Source of the DNA: a virus
Strand: one strand, 5' to 3'
IMG/VR virus record: IMGVR_UViG_3300037657_000053
Location: 25,024-89,023 of that record
DNA length: 64,000 nt
The notes under the pieces were generated by a model. It was not told the DNA's origin and did not search any database. It was given only the letters and a program-made list of their open reading frames with translations. The translations under genes were made by a program, and so were the position numbers. This document shows, one piece after another, positions 29,755 to 38,894 of this stretch (positions are counted from its first letter, which is position 1; every line of letters starts with the position of its first letter).

Positions 29755-32442
29755 TTGACGACTAAATTCGTTTCCGCTTGGACGGAAAAAAACAAGACAT
29801 ATCTCGTTGAAAGAATCAATGAAGACACTGTGAAGATTCGAGCGGTTCCCGCTCGCTTCTCGTTCTTCGTGACAGGTCTCGACGAATATGATCGGATGGC
29901 TCTCGGGCGTGATCCGGGGGTGATCGGCGTGATCGATCAAGGTCGATACACTCGGGTCAATTGTCGAAATCATTGGACGAGGAAGGAACTTGTAGAAGTT
30001 CTCGAAGAAGCGATTGTTCGGAACGAGTCGGGGGCGAAGATTCTCGAGGCCGACGTGTCACCTCTTCGACGGCTCTTGAGCGATGTTCCGAATCTCGAGA
30101 TCGATCCCGAACCGAATGTTGTTTTCCTCGATCTTGAGACTGACTCGCGGGCGACATTTTCCGAAGCGACACGGGGCGAAGCTCGTCTTCTCTCGTTCGC
30201 GGTTTGTGACGCGGCCGGGCGGGCTTCCTCGGGCCTTCTCGCTGCCGATACTGACGAAGCCGAGCGTTCCCTTTGGGGCGAGTTTTTCGATGTTCTGAGG
30301 GGCTATGACTGCGTTCTCGCGTGGTATGGATCGGGCTTCGATTTTCTCGTGATACAGAATCGATCCGTTCGGCTTGGAGTGACTCTCAACGGCCGAGAGA
30401 TTCAATGGCACAGATGGACGTGGTTGGATCATCTTGAGCTCTTCATGAAATATAACAAGCTCGGAACGGGAGAGGAAAAGACTTCATACGCTCTCGATCA
30501 CGTCGCGCAATATCTACTTGGTGAAGGGAAGGGGAAGCTCGCCTTCGATAGCTCGAAGACATGGGAAGCTTGGGCGGCGGGCGGCGAGGAACGCGAGAGA
30601 CTTCTTCGATACAATGAGCAGGATGCCGCTCTTCTTCCGAGAATCGAAGAGAAGACCGGCTTCCTCGCTCTTCACTTGGCGGTCTGTCAGATTTGCCGAG
30701 TTTTTCCAGATACCGAATCGCTCAATGCGACTATTCAGGGCGACGGATTTCTTTTACGACTAGGGGAGGAACACGGCATTCGTTGGCCGACTAAGAAGCC
30801 GGTCGACGATGAAGCGGTTTATGAGAAATTCAAGGGCGCTTATGTAATGGAACCCGGGCGTTATGGTGCGATTCCGACCGTTCATGTTGCTGATTTCGCC
30901 GGTCTATATCCATCGATCATGCGAACGTGGAATATGAGTCTTGAGACGAAGGTGAATCTTCGGGGTGTTTATGACGACATTCCCGAAGATGTAGAACTCG
31001 AACCCCGAGTCAAATCGGGTTTGTGCCAACTCCCGAACCGGGCGACGTGGTTCAAGACGACCGAAGAGGGGATGTTCAAGATTGCTCTCGATCGATTGGT
31101 TTACAAGAGGGCCGAGTATACGGCTCTTATGAAGAAGGAAACCCCCGGCTCGAAACAACACGAGAAGTTCAAGCGTCTCTCGCAAGCTTTCAAGACGGTC
31201 GCGAATAGTTTCTATGGGATCGTCGGCTCGCCGTTCTCGAGGTTCTTCGACGTCGAGATCGCGGAAGGTGTCACTCAAACCGGGAAGTGGCTTCTTCAAA
31301 ACGTGATTCGCGAGTCACAAGCGGTCGGCTTCGATCCATTCTATGGTGACACCGATTCGGTGTTCGTTGCCGGCTGCACGCCCGAAGAGTTTCGAGCTCT
31401 CGTTGATGCTCTCAACGAGTCATGGTCGAAGCGGCTCGAACCGTGGGGGATCGGTAGTCACTTCATCGATCTCGACTTCGAGAAGACTTTCTCTCGAATT
31501 ATCATGATCACGGCGAAGCGATATGTCGGGAAGTTCCTCATGTACAAGGGCAAGGCGGCCCCCGACGACGCGCCCCCCGAGGTGAAGGGACTGGAATTCA
31601 ACCGGGGCGATTCGATCCGTCTTGCCCGGGATTTCCAACGTCAAGTGATTGATCGGTTACTTGAAAGGGACTTGCCTTCGGCGGCCGATATGCGAGATCT
31701 CGTTCTCGATTGGAAGAACCGAGTCTATCGGGGTGAGCTCTCGCTTGAAGATGTTGTGATGAGTCAATCTCTCTCGAAGTCTCTTAGAGAATACTCTGTG
31801 CAGAGCGCGCCGCCTCATGTGCGGGTTGCTCGTCTCATGGTCGAGAGAGGGGAACAGATCGGCGAAGGGGCTCGAGTTCGATTTCTCGTGATTCCCGGCG
31901 ATGGCTCAAAGCTCAATCCAATTCCGGCTTCTGATCCAGGCGCTCTCGAGAGGATCGATCGGATCTATTATTGGGGGAGGAAGGTCTATCCGCCCGTTCA
32001 ACGTGTTCTGGAGAAGGTCTATCCGAAAGAGCAGTGGGCCGAGACGACCAAAGAGAAAAGAAGCCGCGAATTTGAAGCCAAGGGTCAAGGCACTCTCTTT
32101 GATACGATAGGGAGCCATTCCACCGTGACACCACGAAGGAGGAAGAAGAGGCGAGTCGATGGGCTCGAGATCACGATTGTTGAAGGATCGCCTTTTACAG
32201 ATGGGGGCGCCGAGAAGGTTCGTCGAGAGCGTCTTCTCAAGGCGATTCACACGGCGATCGATGCGAACCCCGGTGAGGTTCCTGTGACCGTCGTTGTCGC
32301 GTTCAAGAGCTATACCGAAGGCAAGGAAGAGACGGTGAAGGTTTACATCGACACGAAGACGACGATCGCCGATACACCCGCGAGTCGGGCCGCTCTCATG
32401 AGAATTCTCTCGAAGCCCGATCGGTTCGAGTTTTTGTCATAG
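29755..32442 (+). CDS. DNA polymerase family B with 3'-5' exonuclease and C-terminal extension
   Basis: DLETD, GFDF, YNEQD exonuclease motifs; DFAGLYPS, KTVANSFYG, YGDTDS, KRY. Confidence 0.95.
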   Translation: MTTKFVSAWTEKNKTYLVERINEDTVKIRAVPARFSFFVTGLDEYDRMALGRDPGVIGVIDQGRYTRVNCRNHWTRKELVEVLEEAIVRNESGAKILEADVSPLRRLLSDVPNLEIDPEPNVVFLDLETDSRATFSEATRGEARLLSFAVCDAAGRASSGLLAADTDEAERSLWGEFFDVLRGYDCVLAWYGSGFDFLVIQNRSVRLGVTLNGREIQWHRWTWLDHLELFMKYNKLGTGEEKTSYALDHVAQYLLGEGKGKLAFDSSKTWEAWAAGGEERERLLRYNEQDAALLPRIEEKTGFLALHLAVCQICRVFPDTESLNATIQGDGFLLRLGEEHGIRWPTKKPVDDEAVYEKFKGAYVMEPGRYGAIPTVHVADFAGLYPSIMRTWNMSLETKVNLRGVYDDIPEDVELEPRVKSGLCQLPNRATWFKTTEEGMFKIALDRLVYKRAEYTALMKKETPGSKQHEKFKRLSQAFKTVANSFYGIVGSPFSRFFDVEIAEGVTQTGKWLLQNVIRESQAVGFDPFYGDTDSVFVAGCTPEEFRALVDALNESWSKRLEPWGIGSHFIDLDFEKTFSRIIMITAKRYVGKFLMYKGKAAPDDAPPEVKGLEFNRGDSIRLARDFQRQVIDRLLERDLPSAADMRDLVLDWKNRVYRGELSLEDVVMSQSLSKSLREYSVQSAPPHVRVARLMVERGEQIGEGARVRFLVIPGDGSKLNPIPASDPGALERIDRIYYWGRKVYPPVQRVLEKVYPKEQWAETTKEKRSREFEAKGQGTLFDTIGSHSTVTPRRRKKRRVDGLEITIVEGSPFTDGGAEKVRRERLLKAIHTAIDANPGEVPVTVVVAFKSYTEGKEETVKVYIDTKTTIADTPASRAALMRILSKPDRFEFLS

Positions 32443-32487
32443 AAATGTGTTCGTCCGTCCGATAATCGAGACAAGGGAGAAAAGTTC

Positions 32488-33084
32488 ATGGCAACGAGAC
32501 GCAAAATCGGTTCCGGTGAAGAGAAGGACGTGCTCGAGACGAAGCCGTTTCAGGGTTCAAGCGAGCAGGACAATAACTCGGTTTCCTACGCTGAACCGGG
32601 GATCGCTTGGGGCAATGTGATTCGAGACGTTCTCAGGATCGATAATCCGGCTTGGCTCGCGAAGCGATTGCGAGGCGAGCTTACGTTGAGCGACGAGGGG
32701 CGTTCTTCCTACGGCTCCCTTCTCGCTGCTCTCGACAGGTCGGCGAGGAATTACGACGACGCTTACATGCTCTATCGCGGGGCGAAGGTCGAGGAATCTC
32801 GATTCGCTCTCGAGCTCCGAGAGCGATTCGAGGTCATGAAGGAACACGCATCGTCTGAGTTGATGGACGAATACAAGGAGAAGAAGCGGCGGTCTCCGAC
32901 GACCGAGGACATAGAAGATCGAATGATGTCGAGTTGGCCCGATGAATACAGGCACCTCAGAACAAAGGAAGCCGAACTCCATGCGGCGGTGAGAAGTTTG
33001 GAAACGCTTGCGAAGGCGTGGTCGTCCAGGTGCGCCGATCTTCGAGCAATGGCCGATATGTTCACGGCCAGAAAGAACGGGTGA
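32488..33084 (+). CDS. Helical protein, possible recombination mediator (UvsY-like)
   Basis: Coiled-coil character, PTTEDIEDRM; lies between polymerase and SSB/RecA. Confidence 0.45.
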   Translation: MATRRKIGSGEEKDVLETKPFQGSSEQDNNSVSYAEPGIAWGNVIRDVLRIDNPAWLAKRLRGELTLSDEGRSSYGSLLAALDRSARNYDDAYMLYRGAKVEESRFALELRERFEVMKEHASSELMDEYKEKKRRSPTTEDIEDRMMSSWPDEYRHLRTKEAELHAAVRSLETLAKAWSSRCADLRAMADMFTARKNG

Positions 33085-33088
33085 AGAC

Positions 33089-34438
33089 ATGGGTCTCGGA
33101 TTGGCGAGCTTTCTCAACCACAACGAAGGGTCTGCTCGAAAATTTCTCAAGGACTGGAAGAAGAAGGGATCGATCGTGGTGTGGCTCTATACCCGAGCAG
33201 ATATCGCTTGGGCTTCGTGGAATCATTCCTTTGTAGCATATGGAACCTATAAGAACGACAAGGACGAAGAGGTCGAGTGTCTCAAGTATCCCCGCTTTGT
33301 CTCGCCCGATCCCGAGGTGGTCCATCAGAATCAATACTTCCGCAACGAGGGTGACGATTCGATGCAAATACCACCGTCGCTCGATCCATTCCTTCGCCTT
33401 CGGGAATGGCTCCGACTCGATTGCGATTTGCCTCTCGATACCGTCATCTTCCGTTGGGAGAACCCCCACCCGAAGCCCGGGAAGAGCCCGATCATCGAAT
33501 GGCAACGTGGGCACCTTGCCCGGTTGGTCGATCGTGGGCGGTACAACTTCGGTGCGTCGCTCGACACGAAACTTGAGTATTTCTTCGTCGTTGTCGACAA
33601 CGAGAAACCACAAGATGGGGCCCAGATCGTTCGGGGAACCAAGCTTCTCGGAGACGTGATGAAGAAGGAGATCGGACATCAGATCGAGAGCGATGGTGAG
33701 AAGGGCAATCCGCTGATCCATCCGTATGCGTTCAAGTGGGTCTATGACGATTCGGCCGGTTCTCCGATGGATTCATACCGCGCGTTTCGCTATAACGCGG
33801 CGGAACTCACACCGCAGATCCGCGAAGCGATCACGAGCTCCGAGTATCCCGATCCGTCGCAAGATTGCAAACCTCGGGCGGGCGACAAGGCGAAGATCCG
33901 GGCTGCCATGGAAGCTGCCGCACAAGTCGATCTCCCATGGGATCGACTCTTCGTTCCCGAGTGGGAAGACGAAGAACCCGGCGATTTCAACTATGGTGCG
34001 AATGCGGGCTCTCAGGTGGTCTCTCAGGGCTCGGGAACCTCGGGGGGTGCCACGGGGCGGCCGGCTTCTCAGACGGGCTCTCAGGGGCCGTCTCGCGAAC
34101 GGGAGAGCCATGCGGTGAGCGGCGCGCAATCTGCCCGTCGGAAGAAGGTCAACAAGCCCGAGCCCCCGCCTCCGAATGTCGAGATGATCAAGTGCGATGA
34201 CTGCGACACGATGCTTCGACCGGATCAAGCGAAGTGTCCGAATTGTGGAGCGGAATACGAGGTCGATTCTGAACCCACCGTTTCCTCCAATTCGGTGCAA
34301 CAGGAAACCCGGGTTTCCAACGGAACGACCGGAACGACCGGAACGACCGACGTCACATGCTGGTCTTGTGGTGGTCCCGTCGTGAAGGGAAGTTGCACGA
34401 ATTGCGGGCTCGAAGCAGGAGACGAAATTCCGTTCTAG
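33089..34438 (+). CDS. Putative single-stranded DNA-binding protein with zinc ribbons
   Basis: C-terminal GDEIPF SSB-type tip; four CxxC motifs; next to RecA; ATG 33089. Confidence 0.6.
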   Translation: MGLGLASFLNHNEGSARKFLKDWKKKGSIVVWLYTRADIAWASWNHSFVAYGTYKNDKDEEVECLKYPRFVSPDPEVVHQNQYFRNEGDDSMQIPPSLDPFLRLREWLRLDCDLPLDTVIFRWENPHPKPGKSPIIEWQRGHLARLVDRGRYNFGASLDTKLEYFFVVVDNEKPQDGAQIVRGTKLLGDVMKKEIGHQIESDGEKGNPLIHPYAFKWVYDDSAGSPMDSYRAFRYNAAELTPQIREAITSSEYPDPSQDCKPRAGDKAKIRAAMEAAAQVDLPWDRLFVPEWEDEEPGDFNYGANAGSQVVSQGSGTSGGATGRPASQTGSQGPSRERESHAVSGAQSARRKKVNKPEPPPPNVEMIKCDDCDTMLRPDQAKCPNCGAEYEVDSEPTVSSNSVQQETRVSNGTTGTTGTTDVTCWSCGGPVVKGSCTNCGLEAGDEIPF

Positions 34439-34541
34439 ATGCCGTTACGTCTTACTCTCCTACTTTTCTTTCTTTGATTCTTCCTTGATTCTTCCTCACA
34501 AAACACGTTCCTCTCGTCCGATAATCAATCGAGAGGTGACA

Positions 34542-35786
34542 ATGGCAACGCGACGGAAGAAAGTCGTGAAATCCGAAGAAGAGAATGGTAATCACTTCGT
34601 CGAGTCGGCGTCGTGCGATGAAGAAGGGGATGAGGCTTTCTTCGATTCCTTGACCCCGTGTAGCGAAGAGGTTCTAGATCGAATTCCGGCCGGTTGGTCA
34701 GGAGACTACATTGAAGCGGCCGGCAAACTTGAAGGTTGGGGTCAAGCTGGAGATGTTCTCGACGAGATCATTTCTGTTCGGACGGTTTTTCCCGATTTCA
34801 ATCGAGCGACTCATGTAGGCGGGATTCCCGTTCGTCGAATTCATACGGTTCACGGTCCGACTCACGGCGGGAAGACTGCGTTTGTTCTAGGGCTCGTGAA
34901 GAGTTTCGTCGACGTGGGATATCTCGGCGGCTTCGTTGATGCGGAATTCTCGCTAGGGAAGGAATTCGGCGAAGAGATCGTTTGCGACTTGCGGAAGAAG
35001 CCGAACTTTCTTGCTGTTCGTCCGGAGAACTATGAGGAGACGATCGAGAAGGTCGATACTTTCTTGGTTCGTGCTGGGAAGGTTCGAGACAAGTTTCCCG
35101 ATGCGAAATCAATTCTTGTTGTCGATTCGATCAACAAGCTAGTTCCGAAGCGAGAGCTCGACAAGTTCCTGAAGGAAGGACAGATCAACGAGAAAGGAGC
35201 GGTCGAGCTCACGAAGGGGCATCATGGGAGATATCGTGCGGCTCTCAATCAAGCGTGGCTGGATCATCTCACCCCGCTCGTTGCCCGAGCGGATTGTGCG
35301 CTCATTCTGATCGCGCAAGAACGCGACGATCAAGACACTACCGACTTCTTCAAACAAGAATTCAAGGTGAAGGGCGGCGCGGCTCTTCTCTTCGACGCTT
35401 CGCTCGTGATTCGTGTGATGAAGAGTTCGCCCGTCTTCATCAAACCGAGTGACGAGAAGAAGAACGAGAACATTTGCGGATTCGGACATCGGGTGAGGAT
35501 CTGGAAAAGCAAAGTCTCTCATATGGAGGGTCGTTATACCGATTGCATCTTTCATCTATCGAACGGGCGACTCACACCGAAGGGGCTCGACATGGCGCGC
35601 GACGCGATGATCGTCGCGATCAAGGTCGGTGTGCTCTCGCAGTCGGGGGCGTGGTATTCGTATCGTGGTCGCCGAACTCAAGGATTCAACAATATGCTTA
35701 GTCGTCTCGTCGAACGACCGGCTCTTCTGCAAGATTTGCTTGTCGATGTCAATTTCAAGATGGATCGAGAAGCGGGGAGAATCTAG
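34542..35786 (+). CDS. recA: RecA/UvsX recombinase
   Basis: GGIPVRRI, GPTHGGKT, FVDAE, VVDSI, GGAALLFDAS, QSGAWYSY; ATG 34542 with RBS GAGG. Confidence 0.9.
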   Translation: MATRRKKVVKSEEENGNHFVESASCDEEGDEAFFDSLTPCSEEVLDRIPAGWSGDYIEAAGKLEGWGQAGDVLDEIISVRTVFPDFNRATHVGGIPVRRIHTVHGPTHGGKTAFVLGLVKSFVDVGYLGGFVDAEFSLGKEFGEEIVCDLRKKPNFLAVRPENYEETIEKVDTFLVRAGKVRDKFPDAKSILVVDSINKLVPKRELDKFLKEGQINEKGAVELTKGHHGRYRAALNQAWLDHLTPLVARADCALILIAQERDDQDTTDFFKQEFKVKGGAALLFDASLVIRVMKSSPVFIKPSDEKKNENICGFGHRVRIWKSKVSHMEGRYTDCIFHLSNGRLTPKGLDMARDAMIVAIKVGVLSQSGAWYSYRGRRTQGFNNMLSRLVERPALLQDLLVDVNFKMDREAGRI

Positions 35787-35788
35787 AT

Positions 35789-36058
35789 ATGTTCAACTAT
35801 ATCAAGCCGCGACCGTGGGGGGCTCTTGACTTCCTCGGTTCCATTCTTCTCGGGTTCTTGCTCTTTGTGCTCTTCATTGCGGGGGGCTTGCGTCTTCTCA
35901 ACGTGATCAGCGAGCTCGAAGAGGGCGCGTCCGAGTTCGCCTATCAAGCGGCCGTTCTGATCGTATGGTGTCTCGTCTTCAGAGGAATCTCGAATTCCTT
36001 CGTCCGTGGATTCAGACGACGTTGGCGAGAGACTCATGAGGAAGGGTGGTTCAGATGA
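35789..36058 (+). CDS. Small 2-TM membrane protein
   Basis: Two hydrophobic helices; coupled to neighbours. Confidence 0.55.
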   Translation: MFNYIKPRPWGALDFLGSILLGFLLFVLFIAGGLRLLNVISELEEGASEFAYQAAVLIVWCLVFRGISNSFVRGFRRRWRETHEEGWFR

Positions 36059-36807
36059 CAAGGATACTTCTAACGGCCGATTGGCACATCGACGCGGTAA
36101 CGGGCGGTCTTCCTCGAGTTGATGAGATCGATCCCTTCGTAGAAGAGCTCAAGGAAGCGGTCATTCGGGAGAAAGTTTCTCATTTGATTCACATGGGAGA
36201 TTTTTTTGACCCGGGCGGTATGCTCTGCTCGTTCTATACCGAGAAGGTGATCATGATTGTGAGCGACCTTCTCGCCGTCGATCGGCTCGACACGATCACC
36301 CTTCTCGCCGGCAACCACGACGTGATCGAGAGCTCTCGAGGAACCACAACGATCAGCCCGGTTGCCGCCGCATTCTCGGGCGAGCCGAGGGTCCAAGTCT
36401 TCGAGCAACCTTCGAGGTTCGTTCTCACGACTCAACCCGATCAGATCATTCGGGGGCTCGCCCTTCCCTACGTTGCCCGTGCGGCCTATCGAGAGGAAGC
36501 CTTTCCCGAAGCCGTGAAGGGGCTCTCAGAGCTTGGAGACTACCCCCTGATAGTCGTCGGTCACATGACCGTTCCGGGGGCTGTGCTCGGGTCTGAGAGC
36601 TCGGATATGCCACGGGGACGAGAGATCGATCTTCCGGTCTTCGAGCTCTCGAAGCTTCGTCCGGTTTTCATCGCGAACGGTCACTATCATCGAGCACAAG
36701 TCACCGAATCGAACGTCGTGATTCCGGGCTCGCCTTTCCGCTTCACCTTCGGCGAAAGGAACGACAAGAAAAAGGGATTCACGATTGTCGAGATCGTTCA
36801 CAAGTAA
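36055..36807 (+). CDS. sbcD: SbcD/Mre11 nuclease, metallophosphoesterase domain only
   Basis: TADWH, GDFFD, GNHD, GHYH, PGSPFRFTFGE; ends right after KGFTIVEI. Confidence 0.85.
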   Translation: MTRILLTADWHIDAVTGGLPRVDEIDPFVEELKEAVIREKVSHLIHMGDFFDPGGMLCSFYTEKVIMIVSDLLAVDRLDTITLLAGNHDVIESSRGTTTISPVAAAFSGEPRVQVFEQPSRFVLTTQPDQIIRGLALPYVARAAYREEAFPEAVKGLSELGDYPLIVVGHMTVPGAVLGSESSDMPRGREIDLPVFELSKLRPVFIANGHYHRAQVTESNVVIPGSPFRFTFGERNDKKKGFTIVEIVHK

Positions 36808-36838
36808 ACCCGGGTTTCCAAGCTCGAAAGGGGAACAT

Positions 36839-37489
36839 ATGAACATCGTTCAACCGTCCTATGAGATCGTTGAGTGCCCCGAAGATCCGCTCAAGCGGAT
36901 CGAGAAAGCCGCTCGAACGTGCTACAAAACTGAGGATCGGATCGATGAGGGTTCGGCCGAGCGACTCGTTCGTCACCTCGTTTCGAGACGTCACTTCGCT
37001 ATGCTCGAATTCGGCGGGGTTCTTTGGGTTCGGTTTATCTCGAACCGTGGCTTCTCTCATGAGCAAGTGAGACACCGGCTCGCGAGCTATGCTCAAGAGT
37101 CAACTCGATATTGCAATTATGGGCAAGATAAGTTCGGAAGTGAGGTGAGCTTCATCGATCCTCAAACCATCGTTCCGAAGCGATGGACCGGTGAACAGAT
37201 CGAGACGTGGCTTCTCGGGTGCGATGAGTGTTTCCGCTTTGCCGAAGAGTGGTATCTCAAGATGATCGATATGGGGATTCCGGCGCAGTATGCTCGAGAG
37301 ATTCTTCCAATCGGCTTGAAGACCGAGATCAACGTTCAAGCGAACTTTGTCGAGTGGCGACATATCTTCGAGCAACGAACCTCATTAGCCGCTCATCCCC
37401 GAATGAGAGAGCTCATGATCCCTCTTCTTCGCGACGTTGCCGATCGTGTTCCAATCATCTTCGATGATCTTCTCGGGGGGCTCTCATGA
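36839..37489 (+). CDS. thyX: Flavin-dependent thymidylate synthase
   Basis: SHEQVRHRLASYAQESTRY, AREILP, AHPRMR. Confidence 0.95.
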   Translation: MNIVQPSYEIVECPEDPLKRIEKAARTCYKTEDRIDEGSAERLVRHLVSRRHFAMLEFGGVLWVRFISNRGFSHEQVRHRLASYAQESTRYCNYGQDKFGSEVSFIDPQTIVPKRWTGEQIETWLLGCDECFRFAEEWYLKMIDMGIPAQYAREILPIGLKTEINVQANFVEWRHIFEQRTSLAAHPRMRELMIPLLRDVADRVPIIFDDLLGGLS

Positions 37490-37959
37490 AGTCGCGGAAG
37501 AAGGGGAAGACGGAGCCGAAGACGGAGCCGAAGGAACAACTAGTTCCCTATGCCGAGAGGGGCGGTATGGTCGGGATCTCGAATCCGGGGGCTTTGCCGG
37601 TTCGAGTGAGCTTTCATGAGGTGAAGACTTCCGAGCTCGTTGAGATCGCCGATCTCAACGCCGCCTATCCCGAGGTGAAGGATCGATTCGTCAAGGTCTG
37701 CCCGAGACTTCGGGCGAGCAAGCGACAGACTTTCGACGGGGCGACGGTCGCGGCCGAGCTTCGTGAGCTCGGGGCCCGTTCGGTCGTTCTCGCGCCGATC
37801 ATCGCCCCTGACGCGGTGAAGGTGAAGTCGAAGGTCTCGCTCTCTCAGACCCCTCGAGAAGCCGTGAAGACATGGTGTGACGAGCAACGAATCACGGCGG
37901 AAGAGCGGGCCGCTATGGCCGATCTGATCTTCGGCTTCATGACGGAAGAGGGTTTGTGA
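37486..37959 (+). CDS. Probable separated C-terminal (capping / Rad50-binding) part of SbcD
   Basis: VSFHEV...VKDRFVKV...TPREAVKTW pattern; position immediately before the SbcC block. Confidence 0.5.
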   Translation: MKSRKKGKTEPKTEPKEQLVPYAERGGMVGISNPGALPVRVSFHEVKTSELVEIADLNAAYPEVKDRFVKVCPRLRASKRQTFDGATVAAELRELGARSVVLAPIIAPDAVKVKSKVSLSQTPREAVKTWCDEQRITAEERAAMADLIFGFMTEEGL

Positions 37960-38894
37960 TGATCAAATTGTGTAGTTATTTAGAGTTATCATTATATGAG
38001 AAATTAGAGATAACCCGTAGGGTTTTGCGGGAATATACAAAGGGAAAAAATAATATTGTTATTTCTTTTAGTGGGGGGTTAGATTCAACCGTTTTGTTAC
38101 ATTTGGTTAGATCGCTTGTCGGTAATATTCCAGCGATGTTTTTGAATTCTGGAAATGAATATCCTGAAATAAGAAAGTTTGCATTAGGTGTTGATAATGT
38201 TCAAATGGTGAAGCCAAAAGTTAGCTTTTTGCAAGTCATATCTGAGTATGGTTATCCAGTCATTTCAAAAGAAGTTTCTCAACGATTGTTTGAGTTTAGA
38301 ACGTCTCGAAGTCAGTATATGAAAGATAGACTTCTGGCAGTAGAAGGTTATGATTTCAAATATCGAAATTCTATACCGAAGAAGTATCGTCATTTGTTAT
38401 ATTCTCATTTGAAGATAAGTCATAAATGTTGCACATTTATAAAAAAACGGCCGATGAATTTAGCTATGAAAGGGGTCGATTGTAATATTCAAGGATGCAC
38501 GGCTTTAGAGTCTATGTTGAGGCAACAACGGTTTTCTAAGTATGGGTTTGAAAAAAACAAAAGGGAGATGTCCGTTCTTTGGCCGATTGCCCATTGGACA
38601 AAAGAAGATTGTTTTCAATATTTGAGAGAGAGAGAGATACCGTATTGTGAATTGTATGATTTGGGATATCAAAGAACGGGTTGTATGTTTTGTTTGTATG
38701 GTGTGCATAGAGAAGAGTATCCTAACAAGATTCAACTTATGAGTGCGACGCATCCTCAATTTCATCGTTATATGATACGCAAGTTGAATTTGTTAGAGTG
38801 GTCAGAATTATTAGGGTTTGATTGTTTTATTGAATGTAGCCGGGATCAGAAAACAGAATGTTTGAGAGAATTATTTGAGGAGAACGATCGATGA
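37956..38894 (+). CDS. PAPS-reductase-family PP-loop protein, AT-rich insertion
   Basis: SFSGGLDSTVL, KCC, PIAHWT, RTGCMFC; much lower GC than flanks. Confidence 0.85.
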   Translation: MMIKLCSYLELSLYEKLEITRRVLREYTKGKNNIVISFSGGLDSTVLLHLVRSLVGNIPAMFLNSGNEYPEIRKFALGVDNVQMVKPKVSFLQVISEYGYPVISKEVSQRLFEFRTSRSQYMKDRLLAVEGYDFKYRNSIPKKYRHLLYSHLKISHKCCTFIKKRPMNLAMKGVDCNIQGCTALESMLRQQRFSKYGFEKNKREMSVLWPIAHWTKEDCFQYLREREIPYCELYDLGYQRTGCMFCLYGVHREEYPNKIQLMSATHPQFHRYMIRKLNLLEWSELLGFDCFIECSRDQKTECLRELFEENDR

